Positions 38,203 through 49,787 of a DNA stretch of 64,000 nucleotides are shown here, piece after piece. Both the position numbers and the translations under genes were made by a program. The notes below the pieces were generated by a model. That model was not told the DNA's origin, did not search any database, and worked only from the letters and a program-made list of their open reading frames with translations. The stretch spans positions 36,022,001 through 36,086,000 of the forward strand of contig NC_043007.1 of NCBI RefSeq assembly GCF_006345805.1, read 5' to 3'. This stretch comes from Octopus sinensis (lineage: Eukaryota). Each line of letters begins with the position of its first letter. Position 1 is the first letter of the stretch.

Positions 38203-39012
38203 ATAGTCATAAATACTTGCATTCTCCAAGGAAAAATCAGTTAGTGAGGGCAACTAACGAGGAATAGACTGACCGGCTCGAACGAAACGCCGTCTCGACC
38301 GAAGAAACGTCATAGAATGACAGTTATGGAATCAACCAGTGATACAGCTGTCTTGTCCACCACTCTCTCACTCCTTCTCACTAAATCACTTTCGTTTCGA
38401 CAACATCACTCTGCCTGTCTCTCTCTCTCTCCGTCTGCAGTTTAAATGACCCGGGACATGTAAGTCTAACGCTATCCGCTTGTTAAACTTACATTCACTC
38501 TGTCTTCTTCTGATCCATGTTTAGCATCAAGTAGTTAAGCACGAAAGCAGCAACATTCATACACGAAAATATAACTCTTGTTACTTCGCATGCTTTCTGC
38601 CTGTTTTTATACACGCCTGCTCGTCGTGGTTTGGCTTTAATTAAATGTAACGGAGAAATAAATATATTAACCACAACTTCGGAGATTATCTTTCTTTCCT
38701 GGAATCAACATTATCATCTTCGCTTTCAACATAAACAATCATTACATTCTGGTAACCACTCCATAACAGATATGTGGATGGATAATTTCCAAATTTCTTT
38801 TGAAGATAAATTATGTACTGGGAGTGCCAATTTGACGAGGAAGAATTCTCTTACTTCGTGGTCCTTGATAAAATCTGTTCAATTGGTCTAAAATTCCCGG
38901 TCCGTGTGGCTTGGCATGTTTCTCTGAGACCTTGTTGGTGTATGTTTGCACCATCCTTTTTCTGTCGATATTTCATAATGCTTAGTATGAAAGCACCAGC
39001 TATATCATACAC

Positions 39013-39014
<2 letters not shown>

Positions 39015-39043
<29 letters not shown>

Positions 39044-39128
39044 TGTATGTATGTATGTATGTATGTATGTATGTATGTATGTATGTATGTATGTATGTAT
39101 GTATGTATGTATGTATGTATGTATGTAT
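39015..39128. repeat. (TATG)n microsatellite
   Basis: Direct inspection. Confidence 0.97.
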
Positions 39129-39435
39129 GTGTAGCAATATCGTCTCTCAGTGCTATCTTCACTGTTTGAGAAGAGTATATAGAATGACCTCGGTCGAGAT
39201 TACAAACAGCTTTGGCTGGTTCAACATTGATGTAAACACTAATTCGATTGGCTGACACGTTGGTCTCTACTACGCTCGCACCGCTGGTTATAACTTGGCG
39301 CAAAATGTCTCGACTTATTTTCGCGCCATAGTCCAAGCAGCCAATCACAGCTTTCCATTTCTGAAGTTCATTGGGAGCCATATGAAGCTTATAAAACAAG
39401 GTTTCTCAGAAAAATATTCGTCTCAGGCTTTTAGT

Positions 39436-41124
39436 CTTTGAGTAAGTTATTTGGAGTTATTCAGGTGTGATTATTCTGGTGTGTTTATTTCAAGTGAAGA
39501 GGTGGTGAGTTCGAATTCGTTGGAGGACGTGGAATAATTTTTTTTCCTGAAAATGCAAGAACAGACTTACGCGCGAGCGGCAAGCAGAGGCCTGGTTGCC
39601 GGTGAGCTGGAGATGGTGGAGGTGGTGGTCGAACAGAAGACCCTACAGAAGTATTTCGACAGTTTAAAGAGGGAGGGTGACTGCGTAAGAGTCACACCGT
39701 CCGAGGAGGAGGAAAGCAGTGCAGAGAAGCGTACTATAACGTACAGGACGTGGTGTGTGGAGTCGAAAAAAATTGAAGTAGCGGAAATGGAAGAAGTAGA
39801 AAGGTGTCTGAAGGAAATTGAGGGTGAACCCACATTTTTCAAAAGAGGAAAGAAGTATGCCACGGTAGTGGTATATTTTGAAACAGAAAATGAGGCAAAA
39901 AAGAACGCAACAAGACTTTTGAAATCGGATAAGTGGACTTTGCTACCAAGTTACTGCGGAAGGAGAGCAGTGAGGATGAGAATCAATAGAATCTCACCCG
40001 AATTTAATATGGAAAGGTTGCTGGCAGCAGTGCTGTTTAACTGCAAGGATGATGTAGAAGTACTGAAGGTGGAGAAGTCAGCGGAGGTGAAATGGTGGGG
40101 ATATACGGTGCAGGTTCTCGCACACATTACCGTGCGAGACCTGTACAACATCCCGGAGGAGCTGGTCTACCCTGACGAGACGCGGCTCCGAGTTGTGGTA
40201 GAGGGAAGACCCCCAATTTGCTACAATTGTAAATCAAGGGGCCACATGAAGATGTGTGCCCGCGAGAAAAAACTAAAGCACCGGAGGTTGTGATGGAGGA
40301 CGCGTGTGTGGAGGAGGCGAAAGCGGAGGAAGTACGAATGGAGGAGCGGTTAAGTGAGGAAGAACGAGAGAGTGCAGAAGAGGAAAAGACGGAAGACAGG
40401 AAGAGATCAAGGGTGGAATCACCACCGAAAGATCAAAAAAAGAAGAAAATTAAAAGCAAGATAGCAGAAGAGAGAGAAGACAAAGAACAGGAAGTAAAAG
40501 AGAAGGTGAGAGAGCGGCCAAGGACAGAGTTTGAAAAAGAATGGGAGACAAGAGTGAACGAGCAATTGGAATCGTGCAGATATGGAAGAAGGCCGACAGG
40601 AAAAAACTTGAAGGCAGTTGTAATGTATATCAAGAATACAGAAGTGGAGAAGAGACTTGTAGGTAAGAAAGAGTTGGTCAGGGTGAAGGTGAACCCAAAG
40701 CTGTATGGTGACGACGTGAAAGGCGTCATAATAGACAAAGAGACATATATAAAACTAAAAAAGATGTTTAATGCCATACACATAACGCATTATGTGCGGT
40801 ATGATAAATTGCCAGATGTTATAGAGCAAACGGACCTGTTGGATTATATGACGGACGAGCGTCTAATGTAAAAGAATTGTAAAATTTAAAGTTGTATTTT
40901 GATTATACGTAATGTTGACATGTAGAATTGTAAAATTATTGTAACTGTAAAATTGTATGTATAATTGTATTTTAAACGGAACTGCGAGTTGGGGGTTCGT
41001 AAGCCGTTCCATCTCATTACATCTAATTCATTTTTACTTCATACTTTATTTTTATTTTATGTTCCCCATGTCCCGTCTTGTAATGTCCCCCTCTTCGTAG
41101 CCCCTTGTGGGTAATAAAGAAATA
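39436..41124 (+). mobile_element. ORF1-only non-LTR element (half-LINE/HAL1-like, probably L1/Tx1-related)
   Basis: One split ORF, AT-rich 3'UTR, 3' end TAGCCCCTTGTGGGTAATAAAGAAATA; imperfect 17-bp flanking repeat CGTCT(C/T)AGG(C/T)TTTTAGT at 39419-39435 and 41125-41141; no EN or RT coding sequence. Confidence 0.65.
39553..40871 (+). CDS. LINE ORF1-like nucleic-acid-binding protein split by a 1-nt frameshift (ORFs 39553-40293 and 40254-40871)
   Basis: RRM-like ATVVVYFETENEAK and RMRINRISPE; RVVVEGRPPICYNCKSRGH; adding one base at 40249-40251 gives C-YN-C-KSRG-H-MKDV-C and a 439-aa ORF with an E/K/R-rich region. Confidence 0.7.
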
Positions 41125-41970
41125 CGTCTTAGGTTTTTAGTTCTTCTCAGAGCTAAACCTCTGACCACACAGCTCGTCTTAGGCTTTTAGTTCTTTTAAG
41201 AACTAAGTCTCTGACCACACAGAGAATACTCGACCAAGTTCCAGTTTCGAGGCAGGCGACCACCATTAATACAAGATGTTACAGATACCTCTCATACTGT
41301 TAGTGTGAAAAATCACCATGAAGAAAACGGTTACAAGATATCTATAACTAGAGAAACATAACCAAGCAGAACATATAATGAAGAAGCAGCAAGAACCAAT
41401 CGACAAACATCGAAGATTTAAATTGTACACGAGACAACTACAGATTCAACTATAGCGGTTAGGTGAAATTCTCGCCACGAAGAAAACGGCTACAGTAACA
41501 TGTCTGGAAGTATATTCATATCAAGAGAAAGATAAACACAACGAGTGATTCAATTAATCTCAACTGCGACATGCAATATCTTGATATGGGACTCTTACAG
41601 TGTACCTCATAAACGGTAAATCAATTATCTGTTCTTGGGTTCTAGTTTCTTCTAAGAACTACCTTAAGCCATCTGTTATTACCTGTTGCCAAGCCGATAC
41701 CAACAACATTAACTGTGAATCAAATCCCATCGTCATTTCACTGGTTAGTACCTTTTTACGCCTAACGAACACACAGACACAAAAACATGCGAACACTTAC
41801 AAACTTCCAACATCAAACATGATTGTAAAATATGTAAAATAAATAATGTATATATCTTAAAAAGAAATCTTGTTGTCATTCCAAACTTATGTGTATTGCC
41901 GCTGCATGTAAAATATAGTCAGTAAAATATATTATTAAGAATAGGAGAACGTTCTTATTTTTATATATGT

Positions 41971-42235
41971 ATGTATGCATATCATATCTGTCGGGCATGT
42001 GGAAGAGAGTGTAATTCGGCAGGAGGACTTAAACGACATGCAAAGGTACATGAAGCCCAGTTACAACTACAGCCGGCTATTACCGGTAAAGGTTTTAGTT
42101 GCCAATTCTGTACAAGACATTGTAGATCTTTAGCTGGGCTAAAAAGTCACATTCGATCACAGCACCAGTAACAGTTAAGCTTCGTGCAATGGCCATACTC
42201 GATAACGCGGGGGCAGCCATCATGTATGTATGTAT
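41971..42235 (+). pseudogene. 3' fragment with two C2H2 fingers, probably an RTE-LINE C-terminus
   Basis: CRACGRECNSAGGLKRHAKVH and CQFCTRHCRSLAGLKSHIRSQH*, short 3'UTR, (ATGT)n tail. Confidence 0.6.
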
Positions 42236-42601
42236 GCACAATCTGTTACAGATCATGCATGTTTTGTTTTTTTTTTTGTTTTTTTTGCTGGGCTCAAACC
42301 TCATTTGCGGATCCATGGAAAACGAACCTCCACCAACTGTTCTGCCAATCTATCTGTGCATACCTGTCAATGTCATGTATGCCATAAGGTCTGAAAATCT
42401 AACGAAGGCCTCAAGAGACATTCTATGATTCATAAAGATCAGAACTTAACTGCAGCTTTTGGTGGTCCAAAGCAGATACTCAATTTATGTGGGTGTAGTT
42501 TCAAAACATTGTCGGGTTTAAAAATCCACATCAGACGCCATGATGAATCTAAGGTGTAAGTACAAGAGGTGGTCAGATTCTGCATAAGGAGTAGACAACC
42601 A
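42232..42601 (+). pseudogene. Second 3' fragment with three degenerate C2H2 fingers
   Basis: CTICYRSC-[polyT]-AGLKPHLRIH; CHVCHKV*KSNEGLKRHSMIH; LCGCSFKTLSGLKIHIRRH; stop at 42557-42559; (ATGT)n tail. Confidence 0.6.
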
Positions 42602-42954
42602 CTATGTATGTATGTATGTATGTATGTATGTATGTATGTATGTATGTATGTGTGTATGTGTGTGTGTGTATGTATGTATGTGTGTGTGTGTATGTATGTA
42701 TGTATGTATGTGTGTATGTATGTATGTATGAATGTATGTATGTATGTATGAATGTATGTATGTATGTATGTATGTATGAATGAATGTATGTATGTATGGA
42801 TGTATGTATGTATGTATTATTTATGTATGTATATATGTATGTATATATGTGTGTGTGTATGTATGTGTGTATGTATATATGTATGTATGTATGTATGTAT
42901 GTGTATATGTATGTATGTATGTATGTATGTATGCATGTATGTATGTATGTATGT
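42601..42954. repeat. Compound (ATGT)n/(GT)n tract
   Basis: Direct inspection. Confidence 0.95.
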
Positions 42955-43305
42955 AAGGGTAAAGGGTAAAGACCCCCTTCGGTCAGGCACTGACCATGGC
43001 TTTGCACCTAGAGAGATACCCTCTGAGGCACAAGTCTGGGCAAGGTTGTTTTATGGAAGACCAGCAGTCGCCCATGCATACCGGTCTCCCCTCTCCACGT
43101 CACCGATGTTGTCCAAGGGAAAGGCAAGGGCCGATACAGCTTGGCACCTGTGACGTCGCAACTCATTTCTACAGCTGAGTGAACTGGAGCAACGTGAAAT
43201 AAAGTGCCTTGCTCAAGAACACAACACGCAGCCCCGTCCGGGATTCGAGCTCACAACCTCACGATCGTAAGCTCGACGCTCTAACCACTGAGCCATGCGC
43301 CTTCA
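42955..43305 (-). mobile_element. tRNA-headed SINE family B, well preserved
   Basis: A-box and B-box on the minus strand; (AAGGGT/AAAGGT) tail; inserted inside the (ATGT)n tract. Confidence 0.9.
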
Positions 43306-44339
43306 CTGTATGTATGTATGTATGTATGTATGTATGTATGTATGTATTAATCGGCTAAAAGTAACAAAAGTAACTCAAGAGATGTCTTTCGTCCATGTTC
43401 TTTCCCCAACGTCATGGACCCGGTTTCAGTGAATTCCTTTGTCAAAGCAAAAAGAATTATTTTTCCGAAAAAATCTTACGGATAAATTTTTAAAATATAG
43501 TACAGGTGTTGATTCTGTCATCATTTGTGATGTCATGGTGTAACACAGCAGTGAAGCCTGAAGCGACACCTATGTGAGACACAACGATAGCAAACAGGAA
43601 CCATCACAGAGAAAAATCAAGTGAGAAAAATATTATGGCTGGAAAAGGCTCCGCATCAGATAGTTGGACGTGAATAAGGAAGATCTCCAGAGACTCGACG
43701 TAGAGGGGCTAGCACAGGACCGCCAGCAAGAAAGCACTGATGGACCTGGTCGGTTTTACGCATAATGACGTCTCTGGGACCACTAACATCAAGAGCATTA
43801 AGCAAGAAAGCAAGCAGGTAGAGAAAATAATGTCAACATCGAGAAGACAACCATCAAAAAGGGAAAATATATTATCAGCATCCATGTCTATACATGTTGT
43901 AAGAAGCAGCTAAAATGATTGATATTAGGAAGGATATCTGACCGTTAAATACTTCAAAAACGGAACCATCCATGATAAATACGATAAACTTGAGAAATGA
44001 GAGTTCTAAAGAGCTTCCCTGTTAACAATGACAAATGTTTTTGGGAGGCTTATAAAATACTGGTCCAAATTAAATCGTTTTATGCACTTTTACAGAGCTA
44101 TGTATTTCATATCTATAATTTTACAGCTCGGGCGAAAGCCCGCAATGTAATTCAGAAAGAATGATTGGAATTAAATAAATGTAAGCAAGCGATTAAGATG
44201 TGTTCTGGTTATAGACCTTACCTACAACTGATATCAAGGATTTTTCGTGATTGTTATCACAACGTACCTAAAATCCATCTTTGAAAATAGAGATAAGAAC
44301 GACATCCATCGCGTCAGTTTTGATAATGCTGGAATGAAC

Positions 44340-44880
44340 AAATTTGGTTGAATTCGCGTAAACTCAGATGGAGTAGAATAGCGAACTGTTCTTTTTGGCA
44401 AGGAATTAGCGCGCTACAACCTAGATTGCTTTATCAGAAACAAGGCCAGATAGAAGAACCAGCTTCGAGTTATATCCTCTTTTACATAAGAAGGGTTTAC
44501 GACGAACATTGAGAAGATAGTGTCGGTTTTGCTGTATAGGCATCTAGGTAAGCGTGCTATTTAGGTATCGCATAGTTTCGCAGAACATACAATGTCACTT
44601 AGTTTGCTATTCCCATACAGTCGCTATATGAATTTGATTAGTGCATCTGTATCAACTCTTGTCAGTTCACAAGAAGGAACTGAGAGCTGAAGAATCTCAG
44701 AACTGGTTTGGAAGTATGGATATAAATAATGGACTTGCATTGGTGATGAAGTAGCAAGATGGCAGCGTGTGTTGAAACATCACATTCATATTTCCCAGCT
44801 TCGAAGCACGCCTACCATAAAAAGGATTAACCTCCCGTGATTGAAGCTCAGCCAACGAGATCGATTGGTGAGCTGAAACC
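44340..44880 (+). pseudogene. Degenerate RTE (BovB-like) apurinic endonuclease region
   Basis: RTVLFGKELARYNLD..LSETR, VGFAV and NNGL motifs across frameshifts. Confidence 0.55.
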
Positions 44881-45124
44881 TTCCCGCCTAATGGCTTATA
44901 GAATGTTCTGGAACATTTTTTACTTACAGTATATAAAAAGAAGGGCAAATCTAGCTAAAAAAGAAAGCTGTCAGATTCTGCTGCTGGTTACGCCATTTTC
45001 CTCTATGTGATGGTTTCTCAATTATTCTGTCTTCAAATATCAATGTTGGTAAATGTCAAGTAAAGTCATTTATATTTCCTTAACTTAATCTGCCCTCGCT
45101 AATTATGAATGGTTGTAATATTGT

Positions 45125-45312
45125 TTTCTACCCTAGGCACGAGGCCCGACATTTTGGGGGAGGGGGCAGTCGATAAGATCGACTCCAGTACGCAACTGGT
45201 ATTTAATTTATCGACCTCGAAAGGATGAAAGGCAAAGTCGACCTCGGCGGAATTTGAACTCAGAACGTAAAATACCACTAAGCATGCTAACGTTTCTGCT
45301 AGCTCGCCGCCT
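45125..45312 (-). mobile_element. SINE family M, tail B, internally deleted
   Basis: Family-M body; tail matches 49790-49870. Confidence 0.8.
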
Positions 45313-45426
45313 GAATAGTTGTAATAATGTATATGTATATCAGCTTGATGCAGTGACCAAATGTTTTATTCGTTAATTCTCAAATATGTTTTTTACTCAA
45401 CTGTTGTAAAAATGTTTGTATGTATG

Positions 45427-45481
<55 letters not shown>

Positions 45482-45511
45482 ATATATGTGTGTATGTGTG
45501 TATATGTATAT

Positions 45512-45546
<35 letters not shown>

Positions 45547-46333
45547 GGGGGGGCTGGCCAGATTGGAGCAATCTCGAGTATAATCAGACGAAATTGTGAA
45601 GATAATCTGGTACTCGACCGAGGAAAGAAAACTTCGAATGACCCGTATCGTCTATCTGGATGTTTTGCTGTCCCATTTTTGTATCACCTGTCCGGATATT
45701 TTGCGTTCTTGTCCCATTTTGTATTATATATATATATATGTTCCCTGTGTAACATGAAGTTTTTAATTATGTGTTGGAACATAATTTATTTGTTACAATA
45801 GGAAAAGTGTTCATGTAATACAATTGATGGAAACAATTAAACGAAAGAGCATAACATGACACGTAAGGCAAGTCTCTGTTAGGAATTCAACGAGGTGGGG
45901 TGTGCTAGGTTTTTTTTCCTTTTTTTCAATTTACCAAATAAATATCAATGTGCGGTGACGTGTCTTCTTCGATTGTCCTCAATTGAATATGCAGCTGTGA
46001 GAACAGCTATTAAGAGAGAATAACACAACTCGACCCAAACTCTGAATTGGCGAGAGTGGCGAATTGGACACTGCGAAATTGGCGGCTAATTTGATTGTAA
46101 TTTAGAGGCTGTGTTCACGTCGGACCACCGAACTATCACGTGAACAACGGCCGTTCATTGAAAATCTCGATTGCGTACATGATCAAACTATGACTAAACC
46201 GTGGCTTGAGATTCGTATGTGACAAAACGGGGGAACGAATCCAATGCTATATCTGTTCAATAAACAGAATGAAAACATTGTTTAGTGTGATTTTTAGAAT
46301 TGAACACGCAACCCACCAATGTTTGCTTATCAT

Positions 46334-46546
46334 TCTCTTTTACTCTCTTTTACTTGTTTCAGTCATTTGACTGCGGCCATGCTGGAGCACCACCTTTTAG
46401 TCGAGCAAATCGACCCCGGGACTTATTCTTTGTAAGCCCAGTACTTATTCTATCGGTCTCTTTTGCCGAACCGCTAAGTGACGGGGATGTAAACACACCA
46501 GCATCGGTTGTCAAGCAATGCTAGGGGGACAAACACAGACACACAA

Positions 46547-46601
<55 letters not shown>

Positions 46602-46766
46602 TACGACGGGCTTCTTTTCAGTTTCCGTCTACCAAATCCACTCACAAGGCATTGGTCGGCCCGGGGCTATAGCAGAAGACACTTGCCCAAGGTGCCACGC
46701 AGTGGGACTGAACCCGGAACCATGTGGTTGGTTAGCAAGCTACTTACCACACAGCCACTCCTGCGC
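46334..46766 (-). mobile_element. CORE-like SINE family C with internal (TA)n expansion
   Basis: Full head to (GTAAAAGA)n tail. Confidence 0.9.
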
Positions 46767-47131
46767 CTATATTCATTAACTACATCACAGCCAACAACCA
46801 CACTAAAATGAATTATGACTTCTGCTGTTGGATGTGATTCTGAAATGAACGGACGGACGCTCACATGCATTTTCAAATTATAAAGCCAACGGATCTCCGT
46901 CAGTTTCGTCGATGAGTATTTAGTATTTCGGTTCATGGGATTACATGCTCACTGAATTAGCGTGTAAGTGGCTATCTCAGTATTCCACAGACATGAGTAA
47001 TCTTAACGTAGTTCGCTGGTAGAATGAATAGGGTGTGACAAGTCTGGACCTTTGAATTAAAGCTATGGATCGGTCAGAGTCTATGGTAATAGAAACTTGC
47101 TCAAGACAACTACATCTTTAGAGACGAAGAA

Positions 47132-47503
47132 TCTCTCTCTATATAAACGGCAGTTTGTCTGTGTGTGTTTCTGTGTGTCTGTTAGGTTGTACCCTCACCC
47201 TGACCACGGCTTTCAACCGATTCTGATGAAACTTGACACACACATAAGCCCAATGTCATAATTCAAAACTAACGCAGCGAAAATTTTGAAAAGTTCCCCC
47301 AGTTCTGAAAAAAATCGATAAATTCGACATGGGGTCGAGAATCAGAAACATAAACCACAGACTGTCTAGGGGACGCAACTCGACCTTTTTAACTAAAAAA
47401 AAATTTACCATAATTTTTTTTCCATTTTTTGGCTATAACTCTCTAAAAATGCTTTATAGTTATTTCCCTTACAAACCCGAGCAACGCCGGGCGATACTGC
47501 TAG
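47132..47503 (+). mobile_element. Non-autonomous Helitron
   Basis: A|TCTCTCTCTATATAA start; CCCGAGCAACGCCGGG hairpin; CTAG|T end. Confidence 0.88.
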
Positions 47504-47514
47504 TACTTAATAAA

Positions 47515-47766
47515 AGGCGGCGAGCTGGTAGAAACGTTAGCACGCCGGGCGAAATGCCTAGCGGTATTTCGTTTGTCTTTATGTTCTGAGTTCAAATTCC
47601 ACCGAGGGTCGACTTTACCTTTCATTCTTTTGGGGGTCGATTAAATATATACCAGTTACGCACTTGGGTCGATATAATCGACTTAATTCGTTTGTCTGCC
47701 CTTGTTTGTTCCCTCTGCGTGTAGCCTCTTGTGAGCAGTAAAGAAATAAGAAACGTTAGCACGCCG
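47515..47766 (+). mobile_element. SINE family M, tail A
   Basis: Head GGCGGCGAGCTGG; tail GTAAAGAAATA followed by an 18-nt repeat of its own head (47530-47547 = 47749-47766). Confidence 0.85.
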
Positions 47767-47835
47767 TGTAGTGAAATCGAACTTAGAACCGCGTGACTGC
47801 GAAACGAACTTCTTTATCATTCACCAATGCTGTAG

Positions 47836-47849
<14 letters not shown>

Positions 47850-47870
<21 letters not shown>

Positions 47871-48240
47871 CGTAGGCAGGGACACTCATACTCACGACAC
47901 AGCAACACATACACATGTACTCCCTACACACACATACAAACACGTAGGCAGGGACACTCATACTCACGACACAGCAACACATACACATGTACTCCCTACA
48001 CACACACACAAAAACGTAGGTAGGGACACTCATACTCACGACACAGCAACACATACACATGTACACCCTACACACACACACACACTTAGGCAGATACACT
48101 CATATTTACGACACAGCAACACATATACATGTACAAACACAAACACACAAACATACATACACATACATAGGCAAAGACATGCACTCATACAACGACACAG
48201 CAACACATACACATGCACACCCATACAAACAAATACAGAC
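47850..48240. repeat. ~72-bp CA-rich minisatellite, about 5 copies decaying rightwards
   Basis: CGTAGG at 47871, 47943 and 48015; CTTAGG at 48085. Confidence 0.9.
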
Positions 48241-48447
48241 CCTCAGGCAAAGCATATAGATACACAAGTCCACACACAGCGACAGTAACATCCGCCCGCG
48301 CTCGCGCGCGCACACACGCACTCTCTCGCTCTCTCTCTTTCTATCTCTCTCTCTCTCTCTAAATGCTTCCAGAGATTTAACGAAATTTAACCTTGAAATA
48401 TTGTTTGAGGACTGTTGAAACTGTAACTGACTTTTGTTGTTGTTGTT

Positions 48448-48863
48448 AGGCGTAGGAGTGGCTGTGTGGTAAGTAGCTTGCTTACCAGCCACATCGTTCC
48501 GGGTTCAGTCCCACTGCGTGGCATCATGGGCAAGTGTCTTCTACTATAGCCTCGGGCCGACCAAAGCCTTGTGAGTGGATTTGGTAGACGGAAACTGAAA
48601 GAAGCCCGACGTATACATGTTTATATGTATGTGTGTGTGTATAATGTTTGTATGTCTGCATTTGTCCCCCCTCCCCAACATCGCTTGACAACCGATGCTG
48701 GTATGTTTACGTCTCCGTAACTTAGCGGTTCGGCAAAAGATATCGACAGAATAAGTACTAGGCTTACAAAGAATAAGTCCTGGGTCGATTTGCTCGACTA
48801 AAGGCGGTGTTCCAGCATGGCCGCAGTCAAATGACTGAAACAAGTAAAAGAATAAGAGAGTAA
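48448..48863 (+). mobile_element. CORE-like SINE family C
   Basis: GTAGGAGTGGCTGTGTGGTAAG head to GTAAAAGA tail. Confidence 0.9.
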
Positions 48864-48974
48864 TATTGTTAATGTTATTACTGCTGTTGTTATCAGTGTT
48901 GTTATTAGTGTTGTTATTAATGCTGGTGTAGCTATTATTGCTGTTAGTATTGATGTCGTTAGTGTTATAGTTAA

Positions 48975-49335
48975 CTAGCAGTATCGCCCGGCGTTGCTCG
49001 GATTTGTAAGGGAAATAACTATAAAGCATTTTTAGAGAGTTATAGCCAAAAAATAGCAAAAAAATGGGGAAAAAAATTATGGTAAATTTTTTTTGAGTTA
49101 AAAAAGTCTGTGGTTTGTGTTTCTGATTCTCGACCCCATGTCGAATTTATCGATTTTTTTCAGAACTGGGGGAACTTTTCAAAATTTTCGCTGCGTTAGT
49201 TTTGAATTATGACATTGGGCTATGTGTGTGTCAAGTTTCATCAGAATCGGTTGAAAGCTGTGGTCAGGGTGAGGGTACAACCTAACAGACACACAGACAC
49301 GCAGACAGACAAACTGCCGTTTATATAGAGAGAGA
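48975..49335 (-). mobile_element. Non-autonomous Helitron (same subfamily as 47132)
   Basis: Reverse-complement paralog; inserted between A48974 and T49336. Confidence 0.88.
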
Positions 49336-49342
49336 TAGTGGA

Positions 49343-49728
49343 TGGAATGGAAGCACTCCGTCGGTTACGACGAGGGTTCCGGTTGATCCGAATCAACCGA
49401 ACAGCCTGCTCGTGAAATTAACGTGTAAGTGGCTGAGCACTCCACAGACACGTGCACCCTTAACGTAGTTCTCGGGGATATTCAGCGTGACACAGAGAGT
49501 GACAAGGCCGGCCCCTTGAAATACAGGTACAACAGAAACAGGAAGGAAGAGTGAGAGAAAGTTGTGGTGAAAGAGTACAGCAGGGATCACCACCATACCC
49601 TGCCAGAGCCTCATGGAGCTTTTAAGTGTTTTCGTTCAATAAACACTCACAACGCCCGGTCTGGGAATCGAAACCGCGATCCTATGACCGCGAGTCCGCT
49701 GCCCTAACCACTGGGCCATTGCGCCTCC
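49343..49728 (-). mobile_element. tRNA-headed SINE family A
   Basis: Reverse-complement paralog of 16201-16584. Confidence 0.9.
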
Positions 49729-49787
49729 AGTTAATAGTATTACTGTTAGTGTGAGTTGCTGTTGTAGTTAGCGTTGTCGTCATGGCT

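Noticed and set aside
38268-38300. CTGACCG...GAAACGCCGTC hammerhead-like string
   Set aside because: Core is mutated and stems I and II are not supported.
38851-39399. 182-aa minus-strand ORF next to the ORF1-only element
   Set aside because: Length is inflated by (CATA)n; no recognisable motif, so not called as a partner gene.
39415-39445. Faint resemblance of the ORF1-element flank to the U2 snRNA 5' end (Keno-type target)
   Set aside because: Too short and mismatched, and no further U2 sequence nearby.
40266-40273. AAAAAAC as a programmed -1 slippery site joining the two ORF1 halves
   Set aside because: Wrong phase for X XXY YYZ, and downstream of the Cys needed for the knuckle; a 1-nt deletion or sequencing error is simpler.
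41971-42559. Functional host C2H2 zinc-finger gene
   Set aside because: In-frame stop, poly-T disruption, no TGEKP linkers and retroelement-like tails; treated as LINE-derived fragments.
43550-43820. Possible RTE 3' remnant with an (AAGC)n tail
   Set aside because: Only weak peptide resemblance across many frameshifts; not supportable.
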